The notes below the pieces were generated by a model. It searched no databases and had not been told where the DNA came from. It saw only the letters and a program-made list of their open reading frames with translations. A stretch of DNA of 44,418 nucleotides. Source: Bacteroidaceae bacterium (GTDB taxonomy: Bacteria > Bacteroidota > Bacteroidia > Bacteroidales > Bacteroidaceae). This document shows positions 17,836 to 25,877 of the stretch, one piece after another (position 1 is the stretch's first letter; each line of letters begins with the position of its first letter). The translations under genes and the position numbers were made by a program. The stretch is taken from NCBI GenBank assembly GCA_017960825.1, contig JAGCYL010000005.1, positions 1 to 44,418 of the forward strand, read 5' to 3'.

Positions 17836-18534
17836 ATGAAGATTGCATTGATAGGCTACGGCAAGATGGGTCAGATGATAGAGCAGCTGGCCCTGCAGCG
17901 TGGTCATAAGGTGGTGTGCATAATTGATATTCATAATCAGGAGGACTTTAACAGTGCGGCGTTCCGTTCGGCTGATGTAGCGATAGAGTTCACTACGCCC
18001 ACGGCAGCATATAATAATATAATAAGGTGTTTTGAAAACGACATCAAGGTGGTCACTGGCAGCACAGGATGGCAGAAGGAACACTGGGAAGAGATATGCG
18101 AGCGGTGCAAATATGGGTTGCAGACTCTGTTCTGGAGCAGCAATTTCAGTCTGGGTGTGTTTCTGTTCAATAGGTTGAATAAGCAACTGGCTAGGATGAT
18201 GGCTCCCTACCCCAACTACAAGCCAAGCATTGAAGAAACCCACCATGTACATAAGCTCGACGCGCCCTCCGGCACAGCTATTACGCTGGCCGAGACCCTG
18301 GTGGCCAACTACCCAGGACTGAAAACAGAGCAGCTGCCCATCAAGTCAATCAGGGAAGGCGAAGTGCCGGGTATTCATAGCGTTATCTATGACAGTGAGT
18401 ATGACGAGATAAAGATAACTCACTGTGCCAAGTCGCGTGGTGGATTTGTGTTGGGAGCAGTGTTAGCGGCAGAATATGCCTACACCCATAGCGGGCTGTT
18501 GACAATGGAAGATTTGTTCAATCAGCGAGATTAG
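17836..18534 (+). CDS. dapB: 4-hydroxy-tetrahydrodipicolinate reductase
   Basis: ORF 17785..18534. The conserved start MKIALIGYGKMG (Rossmann GxGxxG) is at ATG 17836, and the EETHHxxKxDAPSGTA motif is present. Confidence 0.93.
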   Translation: MKIALIGYGKMGQMIEQLALQRGHKVVCIIDIHNQEDFNSAAFRSADVAIEFTTPTAAYNNIIRCFENDIKVVTGSTGWQKEHWEEICERCKYGLQTLFWSSNFSLGVFLFNRLNKQLARMMAPYPNYKPSIEETHHVHKLDAPSGTAITLAETLVANYPGLKTEQLPIKSIREGEVPGIHSVIYDSEYDEIKITHCAKSRGGFVLGAVLAAEYAYTHSGLLTMEDLFNQRD

Positions 18535-18570
18535 TCAAAGAGTTAAATAGTGAAATACTCCAATTAAACC

Positions 18571-20076
18571 ATGGGATTCAATAAAAAAGATAAGTCAGCA
18601 GATAACCCCAAGCCCCGAAAGGAGCGCAGTCTCAAAGTACGAAGCATTCGGTGCGCGATAGCGATAACCCTATGGTTGCTGTTTTGCCTGTGGGTAGGTA
18701 GCTGGATGGGACTGCTTGTAGTGCCGTTTATCTTCGATGCCTACATTACCAAAAAAATTCCGTGGAGTTGGTGGCGCAGCAGCCAGAACCCTACCGTACG
18801 CTCCGTGATGAGTTGGGTTGACGCGATAGTGTTTGCCCTCGTAGCCGTCTATTTTGTCAATCTCTACCTCTTCCAAAACTATGTCATTCCCAGCTCTTCG
18901 CTTGAGAAGAGCCTGCTCACTGGCGACTACCTGTTTGTGAGCAAAGTGAGCTATGGCCCACGCAAGCCTATGACTCCCCTCCACATGCCTCTCACCAGCC
19001 ACACCCTCCCCCTGTTTGGGTGCCAAAGTTTTCTTGAGTGGCCCCGATGGGCGTATGAGAGGGTGAAGGGTTTGGGCCAGGTGAAGCAGGGCGACATTGT
19101 GGTGTTTAACGTGCCAAGCGGTGACACCGTGGTAGCCAACTTTGAAAACCAAGATTACTACACTCTCTGCTACGAAATGGGCAAGGCCCTCATGGCGCAG
19201 CAGGCAGGCAAGAGTATCAGTGATTTCATGGCTGAAGAAAAGTCTCTGCCCGTCAACGACCAACTGCAACTGAGCGCAGTAGAGTATGACTATGCCCAGC
19301 AGTATATGAAGGCCAATCCTGAACAGCTGGGCAAGAAGAAAGCCAGGCCCGTGGATATGCGTGAACACTATGTGAAGCGATGCGTAGGCCTCCCGGGTCA
19401 GGTGCTGCAGATAAAGAGGGGCAGGGTATATACCAACGGCCACCAGATGTTTGTGCCCCAGAAGATGCAGCGCAGCTACAAGGTCACCCTACTGCAGCCG
19501 TTGCCCGACGATTTGTGCCGCGAGCTGGGCATCAGTATCGAAGACCGTTCGGAGGTTATCAGTGGCGACGGCTCTGTAATACGTATGCCGATGACAGCCG
19601 AGGTGAAGCAAGCCCTGGAGCAGCGCAAAGACCTCGTGGCGAGCATTGAGAAGTGCGACGAGGTAGAGAACTACCGCCTGTATCCCCACACCTACCACAC
19701 CGGATGGACTGCCAACGACTACGGACCCATCTGGATACCACAGAAAGGCAAGACCATAAAGCTGACGCCCGAAAAGCTCGCCCTCTACGACCGCTGCATT
19801 CGGGTCTATGAGGGCAACGACCTGCAGGTGCAGGGCGGACAGATTTTCATCAACGGCAAGCCTGCCGACTCCTACACCTTCAAGATGGACTACTACTGGA
19901 TGATGGGCGACAACCGCGACAACTCGCTCGACAGCCGCTTCTGGGGATTTGTGCCGGAGGACCATATCGTAGGCAAGCCTATCTTTATCTGGCTCTCCCT
20001 TGACCCCGACCGGGGCTGGTTTGACGGCAAGATACGCTGGAGCCGACTTTTCCGACTGGTGGACAACATAAAATAA
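18571..20076 (+). CDS. lepB: signal peptidase I (S26 family)
   Basis: 501 aa with an N-terminal TM segment, catalytic Ser region (IPSSSLEKSLLTGD) and GDNRDNSLDSRFWGFV box. Confidence 0.93.
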   Translation: MGFNKKDKSADNPKPRKERSLKVRSIRCAIAITLWLLFCLWVGSWMGLLVVPFIFDAYITKKIPWSWWRSSQNPTVRSVMSWVDAIVFALVAVYFVNLYLFQNYVIPSSSLEKSLLTGDYLFVSKVSYGPRKPMTPLHMPLTSHTLPLFGCQSFLEWPRWAYERVKGLGQVKQGDIVVFNVPSGDTVVANFENQDYYTLCYEMGKALMAQQAGKSISDFMAEEKSLPVNDQLQLSAVEYDYAQQYMKANPEQLGKKKARPVDMREHYVKRCVGLPGQVLQIKRGRVYTNGHQMFVPQKMQRSYKVTLLQPLPDDLCRELGISIEDRSEVISGDGSVIRMPMTAEVKQALEQRKDLVASIEKCDEVENYRLYPHTYHTGWTANDYGPIWIPQKGKTIKLTPEKLALYDRCIRVYEGNDLQVQGGQIFINGKPADSYTFKMDYYWMMGDNRDNSLDSRFWGFVPEDHIVGKPIFIWLSLDPDRGWFDGKIRWSRLFRLVDNIK

Positions 20077-20077
20077 G

Positions 20078-20884
20078 ATGAAAAAGAAAACACTCTCCTT
20101 AATCTTCCTCTCCTTACTCCTTGCAGCTCCGTGCATGGGTCAGCAAGCCTTTAAGGTCAACCTTTGGAGCGAGGGTGAAACGACGGAACCCGACTACAGC
20201 GAAGCGGTGCTCCACTGCTTCCTGCCCGACAAGCCGACGGGTAAGGCGGTCATCGCCTGTCCCGGCGGAGCATACCTGTATCTCTGCATGACATACGAGG
20301 GATGTGACTTTGCGCCTATCCTCAACAAGGAGGGCATCGCGCTCTTTGTGTTGCAGTATCGCCTGCCGAAGGGCCGCGCCACGGTGCCGATGGCTGATGC
20401 AGAGAAAGCCATGCGCTATGTACGCAGCCACGCCGACGAGTGGGGCATCAGGGAGGTCGGCATCATGGGCAGCAGTGCAGGCGGCCATCTGGCCAGCACA
20501 CTCGCCACCCATTACGCCGACAGCATAACGCGCCCCGATTTCCAGGTGCTGCTCTACCCCGTGGTAAGCATGCAGGACGGCGTTACCCACAGGGAGTCGC
20601 GACAGGCGCTGCTCGGCGATAACCCCACGCAGTCGCAGAAGGACGAATATTCCAACGAAAAGCATGTTACAAAACAGACGCCGCGGGCATTCATAGTGCT
20701 GGCGTCAGCTGACAGAGGCGTGATACCCAAAAACACCCTCGATTATGCCCAGGCACTCGTGGACAACGGGGTAAAAGCCGACCTCCACATGTATGAAGGA
20801 GGATGGCATGGCTTTGGGTGTCGCACGGACTATTCAGAGCATGACCAGTGGCTCGGCGAACTGCTCTATTGGCTGAAGAAATAA
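20078..20884 (+). CDS. secreted alpha/beta hydrolase (esterase-like)
   Basis: 268 aa with a signal peptide and nucleophile elbow GSSAGG. Its start is 2 nt after the lepB stop. Confidence 0.8.
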   Translation: MKKKTLSLIFLSLLLAAPCMGQQAFKVNLWSEGETTEPDYSEAVLHCFLPDKPTGKAVIACPGGAYLYLCMTYEGCDFAPILNKEGIALFVLQYRLPKGRATVPMADAEKAMRYVRSHADEWGIREVGIMGSSAGGHLASTLATHYADSITRPDFQVLLYPVVSMQDGVTHRESRQALLGDNPTQSQKDEYSNEKHVTKQTPRAFIVLASADRGVIPKNTLDYAQALVDNGVKADLHMYEGGWHGFGCRTDYSEHDQWLGELLYWLKK

Positions 20885-20885
20885 A

Positions 20886-22124
20886 ATGGAACGACTGCTC
20901 CACTATGTGTGGAAAAACCGGCTGATACCCCATTCAGGCATGAGGACCACCGTGGGGGAAAACGTGGAGGTGCTCTCACCGGGGCTGCACAACAAGGACG
21001 CTGGCCCCGACTTCTTTTGTGCCGACGTAATCATAGGGGGTGTGGACTGGATGGGGAATGTGGAAATCCATACACGCAGCAGCGACTGGTATCGCCACGG
21101 CCATGACAAGGACAAGGCCTACAACAATGTGGTGCTCCATGTGGTGGAGGAGGCCGACACCGAAGTCGTCACTCAGTCGGGCCGCACTCTGCCACAGATG
21201 GTAGTAAGTGTCCCTGACTATGTAGTACGCAATTATGAGCAGTTGCAGGCTTATGACGAATATCCCCCGTGCCATGGCTATATTGCCAAGTTGCCGTCAC
21301 TGGTAAGTCGCCAATGGTTGAGTCGTCTGGGTCAAGAGCGCATGGAGCGCAAGGCGGCAGAGATAGAGCAGCGGCTCCTCTATTGTGAGCACAACTGGGA
21401 GCAGGTCTTTTTCGTAACGCTGGCCAGAGCCTTTGGCTTCGGCCTTAATGGTGATGCCTTTGAGCAGTGGGCACGCCTTATCCCATTTGGCGGGGCTGCC
21501 AAGCATCGCGATAACCGCCTGCAGATTGCGGCTCTCTTCTTTGGTCAGGCAGGATTCCTCGATGAATCGGGCAAGTTTGACGAGCGTCTCTCTAATGCAC
21601 TTCCTGACCTTGACCTTAAGAGTCTGCGCTCAGAGTATAAATTCCTTGCCAACAAATTTTCACTCACTCCCATGGGCGGTCATGAGTGGCGCTTTCTAAG
21701 GACTCGCCCTCAAAATTTTCCTACCATACGCTTGGCGCAAATAGCGTGTCTCTATTGCGAGGGCAAAGCTAATCTGTCGTGCGCACTGGAGGCAGCCACC
21801 ATTGACGAGGCCCGCCAGATCTTTGATAGCATTCAGATGCCACAGAAATCCGTCGATTTGCTTATACTCAACGGCATGATACCCATGCTCTATGCCTATG
21901 GTCACTATCGCGGTAACCGCAAGATGCAGGACAAAGCTCAGCGATGGCTTGCTCAGCTGCCACCGGAGAGCAACAAACATACGCGACCATTTGCGCAAAT
22001 GGGTCTCATGGACAGTGCGGCTGATTCGCAGGCAGTTATCCAGCTTGTCACACGCTATTGTCAGCGGCACGACTGCCTCCGTTGCCAGTTTGGCTATCAG
22101 TATATCAAAAAGCACAAAAAATAG
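20886..22124 (+). CDS. DUF2851 family protein
   Basis: 412 aa. The N-terminus MERLLHYVWKNRL and the overall pattern are typical of DUF2851. Confidence 0.8.
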   Translation: MERLLHYVWKNRLIPHSGMRTTVGENVEVLSPGLHNKDAGPDFFCADVIIGGVDWMGNVEIHTRSSDWYRHGHDKDKAYNNVVLHVVEEADTEVVTQSGRTLPQMVVSVPDYVVRNYEQLQAYDEYPPCHGYIAKLPSLVSRQWLSRLGQERMERKAAEIEQRLLYCEHNWEQVFFVTLARAFGFGLNGDAFEQWARLIPFGGAAKHRDNRLQIAALFFGQAGFLDESGKFDERLSNALPDLDLKSLRSEYKFLANKFSLTPMGGHEWRFLRTRPQNFPTIRLAQIACLYCEGKANLSCALEAATIDEARQIFDSIQMPQKSVDLLILNGMIPMLYAYGHYRGNRKMQDKAQRWLAQLPPESNKHTRPFAQMGLMDSAADSQAVIQLVTRYCQRHDCLRCQFGYQYIKKHKK

Positions 22125-22175
22125 CTTATGCGTAAAATCATTTGTCTTAATACCATACAATTAAAAAATTGTCGC

Positions 22176-22183
22176 TAACTTTG
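22176..22183 (+). promoter_or_regulatory. candidate -7 box TAACTTTG
   Basis: Exact TAnnTTTG(CA) match upstream of the 22253 gene. Confidence 0.35.
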
Positions 22184-22252
22184 CACCCGAAAATAGAAAA
22201 TACTTAAATCTAAACTCTTAAACTGTAGAACTGTCGAACTTTTGAACTTTAT

Positions 22253-23338
22253 ATGGGTTTATTAATCCTATTCTTTTGCTTGGCACTCCTGGTCTCGGCC
22301 CTCTGTTCACTGGTCGAGTCGGTATTCCTTTCCACGCCGCTTACTTTTGTGGCTTCTGCGGAGGGCAAGAACGTTCACTCGGCTGCACTCCTCAAGAGCC
22401 TGAAGAAGCAGTCCAGCCGCCCCATCAGCGCCATACTTACTATCAACACCATTGCCAATACTATGGGTGCTGCCGGAGTAGGCACACAGGCAGCCATCGT
22501 CTTCGGCAGCGAACTGGCCGGAGTGGTGAGCGGAGTGCTTACCCTATGCATCCTCATTTTCTCTGAGATAATCCCCAAGACTATCGGCACGCGCTACTGG
22601 CGCTCACTGACCCTGCCCTCGGCCCATATCATCAGGGCCATGCTCTTTATCACCTATCCGCTGGTGCTCCTGGCTGAAGGACTGACTCATTTCCTCGGCA
22701 GCGGGCAGCAACAGTCAGTCAGCCGCGACGAGGTGAGCGCTATGGTTAAGGTGGGAGCCGAAGAGGGAGTGTTTGAAAAAGAGGAGAACAAGATGATCCA
22801 GCACCTCATTAAGCTGTCGAATGTCACCGCCCACGAGATAATGACGCCCAGCAGTGTTGTGGCCGAGGCCAGCGAAGAGATGACCGTCAAGGAGGTGTAT
22901 GCCGACGAGGAGTTCAGCACCTACAGTCGCATACCTGTCTATGGCGAGGACGAGGAATACATCACCGGCTATGTGCTGCGACAGACGGTGCTTGAGAAAT
23001 TGGCGGAGGACAAGTTCTCCACTACCCTCAAGCAGATAGTGCGCCCGATACTCACCTTCCAGGAGAATACGAGCGTGTCGGACATATGGGAACTTATGCT
23101 TGCCAAGAAGGAACATATATCCGCCATCATTGATGAGTATGGCTGCATGCGCGGCATCGTGACGATGGAGGATGTGATAGAGACCATGCTCGGATTTGAG
23201 ATAGTTGATGAGAAAGATACCGTGATTGACATGCAGGTACTCGCCCGTCAGAAGTGGGCGGAGGCACGCCGCGCCAACAACGAAGCGCGTCGCGCAAACA
23301 ATGAGGCACGCCGCACAGCCAATCGCAAGAATAAATAG
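22253..23338 (+). CDS. CNNM/DUF21 + CBS-pair membrane protein (hemolysin/CorC-like family)
   Basis: 361 aa with an N-terminal DUF21 TM domain and two CBS-like segments. The C-terminal tail EARRANN EARRANN EARRTAN is encoded by 3 x 21 bp (23263-23325). Confidence 0.85.
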   Translation: MGLLILFFCLALLVSALCSLVESVFLSTPLTFVASAEGKNVHSAALLKSLKKQSSRPISAILTINTIANTMGAAGVGTQAAIVFGSELAGVVSGVLTLCILIFSEIIPKTIGTRYWRSLTLPSAHIIRAMLFITYPLVLLAEGLTHFLGSGQQQSVSRDEVSAMVKVGAEEGVFEKEENKMIQHLIKLSNVTAHEIMTPSSVVAEASEEMTVKEVYADEEFSTYSRIPVYGEDEEYITGYVLRQTVLEKLAEDKFSTTLKQIVRPILTFQENTSVSDIWELMLAKKEHISAIIDEYGCMRGIVTMEDVIETMLGFEIVDEKDTVIDMQVLARQKWAEARRANNEARRANNEARRTANRKNK

Positions 23339-23361
23339 CCCTCTACCCCACCCTAACCTTG

Positions 23362-23415
23362 CCCCACGCATACAGAATGATGCTGTAAACGTGGGGTTAT
23401 TCTTTTGTTTTTATT
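23362..23415 (+). terminator. intrinsic terminator after the CNNM gene
   Basis: CCCCACG (23362-23368) pairs with CGTGGGG (23390-23396), enclosing an inner ACAG/CTGT pairing. TTATTCTTTTGTTTTT follows. Confidence 0.6.
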
Positions 23416-23455
23416 AAAAACGCAGCAGATCTATTGCTGTTATTGAAATAATTAC

Positions 23456-23463
23456 TATCTTTG
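23456..23463 (+). promoter_or_regulatory. candidate -7 box TATCTTTG
   Basis: Exact TAnnTTTG(CAGCG) match. No ORF start follows for ~300 nt. Confidence 0.4.
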
Positions 23464-23467
23464 CAGC

Positions 23468-23760
23468 GTCTAGGGGGAGCAATCCCGAGACCGAAGAAGC
23501 GTTCCGCGTTTTATCCTTTACAGTGAAATCTGGTATATTTCTTAGAGAAGGATGAAGATGATGGTTCACTTCCTGTATGTGACTGTGTGCATACGGCCCA
23601 CCTACGCCGTAATGCTGCGGCATATACGGCGTAGGTGATATCTCTATTCATTTCTCGAAGGTTTACCAGAGCCCACTGTAAGATGAGTAAGGACAAATCC
23701 CTACGTCTTTTTCGTGCGCCAATATTAACACCTGATTGGGGATTGCGGGAAGGAATAATT
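23468..23760 (+). ncRNA. candidate structured 5' leader or small RNA (unclassified)
   Basis: It lies downstream of a promoter-like box. GGGA-GCAA-TCCC is a GNRA hairpin (23474-23485). ATCCTT/AAGGAT forms a stem (23511-23516 / 23548-23553). A very stable hairpin pairs CACCTACGCCGTA(23599-23611) with TACGGCGTAGGTG(23625-23637), with an inner ATGC/GCAT pairing. An embedded 28-codon ORF runs 23552-23638. Confidence 0.3.
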
Positions 23761-23763
23761 TTT

Positions 23764-24366
23764 ATGTGCAAAGAAAAACTCCCTTCATTTATGTGGGATA
23801 ACTCTGAGAATGATGGTCATGCCGAAACTATCATGGACTATGTTATCTCATGGTGTCTACGCGTTGCAGCAAATGATTTTTGTAGTAAATATAAGCCTAA
23901 ATTATACCATTACTGTAAGTTTCTTCTTTTTAAGTTGCTCCAAATAGAAGAAAACACTGACCAGATTGTCCTTGAGGAAGTAAAGGTGTGGAAGCAGTGG
24001 AAACGTATAGATTTATGGGTAGAAGTAATACTTATAAACAACGGACAAAAAGAAAATCATTCCATTCTCATTGAAAACAAGTACTATACACTTACACATG
24101 ACAGAAGAGATATAGACGGCACTTATAAGAATCAGTTGGAGGTGTATAAAAATATTTTTGATGATTTTTATGCCCAGGATAACAACAGAAAGAAACACTA
24201 TGCTCTTATCACATGTTTAGATAATTATCCTGATAAAGAAAAGATACAGAAACTAGGCTATCAACTGTATACATACAGTGCTCTAAAGGATGAGATGGCA
24301 AATAACGCTGGAAATGTTGAACCTTCTGAAAGCGACATTTTTAACGAGTTTTGGATAAATTGGTAA
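23764..24366 (+). CDS. PD-(D/E)XK nuclease superfamily protein
   Basis: ORF 23635..24366. The start is probably ATG 23764 (MCKEKLPSF...), where composition turns AT-rich. The D...(E/Q)xK-type core reads RIDLWVEV...ILIENKYY. Confidence 0.65.
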   Translation: MCKEKLPSFMWDNSENDGHAETIMDYVISWCLRVAANDFCSKYKPKLYHYCKFLLFKLLQIEENTDQIVLEEVKVWKQWKRIDLWVEVILINNGQKENHSILIENKYYTLTHDRRDIDGTYKNQLEVYKNIFDDFYAQDNNRKKHYALITCLDNYPDKEKIQKLGYQLYTYSALKDEMANNAGNVEPSESDIFNEFWINW

Positions 24367-24388
24367 AGAAAAAACAATATTAAAAAAA

Positions 24389-25486
24389 ATGATCATGAAA
24401 AATTTCTTTGTAATAACTGTATGTTTGTTTTTATGCCGTTGCGCTAATTTTAGTGACAAAATTTCTTTTGAAGATTTACTTTCTATGTATAAAAGTAAGG
24501 ACTTTACTTATATAAACAACACTGTAACCGCAAAAGGTTATATATTTCGAGAAAGCATAGAAGGAAAATCTGTCTGGACCAAAAATCTGGATTATGATTA
24601 TAATACGCATGAGGATATTCACCCTACGGAGAATCCTGAAGAGACTGCGCAAACTGTTAATTTTAAGGAGTGCTTTCTTATTAACTATAGTGAAGAACAG
24701 TTAAGCTTGACATGTTACGACTACAATGGACTAGATACTCTTTTCTCTGAAATCAAAGCAGCGGGATATGTGCTAAAAGAAAGAAGGGAGGATCCTAATT
24801 TAGTTGAAGGAACTTTTTCTGTTTTCCAAAAGGAAGGAATGCCAACAGTTAATACATTACTAAGTCCACTGTTTCCTCAGACTTCTGAAATTTTAATAGG
24901 AAATAACTCCGACGCTCTTTTAAGCAATAACGATTGCATAGATGAAGTTGAAAGATGGAGTTTTAAAGCTGAGCAGCCTAACGGATGGGCTACTCTAAAA
25001 GTATTCTTGAATAATGATGCCGTCTTTTATAATGACGAAAATACAGATTTCTACGAAAGTCGTGCTCCTCTTTTATGGATGGCATGTAACCTCTATGCTT
25101 CTTTATATAGTTCTGCTCTAGGCGACAGTATATATGGAAAACAGGTGACACAAAATGCAAAAGAAGCTATGGTTTATGCCAACGATAATATGTTTTTAAT
25201 AAATAATCTTCCCCTAGAAAATTCCTCTATTTCAACAGAAGCAGAAGAGATAGCGCAACGAACCTTCTATGACAATCGTACAGATTACGATTACGGCGCG
25301 ACAGAATGGAAAAGAAGTTATGGACGGATAACATATATTATTGGAGAAGAAACACATCCTCGCATGGACTACTACTGGGGAGAAAAACAATATTTTAACA
25401 TTATTAAGATATGGAGAGGAAAAGATAATTATATGTATTGTCAGAAAGGAATTCTTTCATTGGAAGACTACAAAAGAGGTAGATAA
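24389..25486 (+). CDS. hypothetical protein with N-terminal signal/anchor segment
   Basis: 365 aa and AT-rich. The N-terminal hydrophobic segment is FFVITVCLFLCRC. I recognise no domain. It starts 22 nt after the nuclease gene. Confidence 0.65.
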   Translation: MIMKNFFVITVCLFLCRCANFSDKISFEDLLSMYKSKDFTYINNTVTAKGYIFRESIEGKSVWTKNLDYDYNTHEDIHPTENPEETAQTVNFKECFLINYSEEQLSLTCYDYNGLDTLFSEIKAAGYVLKERREDPNLVEGTFSVFQKEGMPTVNTLLSPLFPQTSEILIGNNSDALLSNNDCIDEVERWSFKAEQPNGWATLKVFLNNDAVFYNDENTDFYESRAPLLWMACNLYASLYSSALGDSIYGKQVTQNAKEAMVYANDNMFLINNLPLENSSISTEAEEIAQRTFYDNRTDYDYGATEWKRSYGRITYIIGEETHPRMDYYWGEKQYFNIIKIWRGKDNYMYCQKGILSLEDYKRGR

Positions 25487-25595
25487 GTAAATTTTTACCC
25501 TCTTTATGAAATTCTCTCCAAATGTAAAATAACTGAGAATTCTATGTCTGTCATAATCTTTAATGGAAGTAGCGATCAGTAACAAGCTTCCCGCA

Positions 25596-25638
25596 GAAAT
25601 AGCAGGGAAATTCCGCGAAGGAGTTTCCCTGCTATTTC
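25596..25638 (+). terminator. perfect 15-bp stem hairpin (possible terminator)
   Basis: GAAATAGCAGGGAAA (25596-25610) pairs with TTTCCCTGCTATTTC (25624-25638) across a 13-nt loop. The downstream U-run is weak. Confidence 0.5.
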
Positions 25639-25787
25639 TTATGAAAAAAATTATTTTCGATTCTTCCTCCATACTTCCATAATCCAGTGGAAAATTAATG
25701 TTCATCAGCATTTGCAGTGTGAAAGCAATGGTGGAAGACATGGAGGCAAATGCCCGAAAAAGACAGATAGCAGCAAAAAAATCATTA

Positions 25788-25819
25788 ATTACACATTTTG
25801 TGTTACACATTTGTGTAAT
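25788..25819. promoter_or_regulatory. operator-like dyad / tandem 13-14-bp repeat overlapping the -33 region
   Basis: Sequence is ATTACACATTTTGTG TTACACATTTGTGTAAT. The ends ATTACACA/TGTGTAAT are complementary. The outer arms AAAATCATT (25777-25785) and AATGATTTT (25823-25831) extend the dyad. Confidence 0.4.
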
Positions 25820-25833
25820 CAAAATGATTTTTG

Positions 25834-25841
25834 TAATTTTG
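25834..25841 (+). promoter_or_regulatory. candidate -7 box TAATTTTG for the T9SS cargo gene
   Basis: Exact TAnnTTTG(CAGCG) match 37 nt upstream of ATG 25878. A TTTG at 25810-25813 sits at -33 spacing. Confidence 0.45.
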
Positions 25842-25877
25842 CAGCGCAAAATTTACACTATTATAAACAAATTCACA

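Noticed and set aside
23468-23760. The leader read as a cobalamin or TPP riboswitch, based on fragments such as CAGTGAAATCTGG, GCCCACTGTAAG, TAGGGGGAGC and ACCTGAT.
   Set aside because: Only isolated partial motifs are present, with the wrong spacing and order. The downstream gene, a nuclease, has no link to B12 or thiamine. An Infernal search would be needed to revisit this.
25457-25849. The 130-aa minus-strand ORF in the gap between the islet and the cargo gene.
   Set aside because: It spans a hairpin, an operator-like dyad and a promoter region. It is AT-rich low-complexity sequence with no motifs and is most likely non-coding.
25698-25877. N-terminal extensions offered by the ORF track: leuS 1308, trmH 14464, dapB 17785, cargo 25698, deoC 35640, fucosidase 41842 and thioesterase 43860.
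   Set aside because: Conserved N-termini or signal peptides begin at internal ATGs. TAnnTTTG promoter boxes fall inside the proposed extensions.
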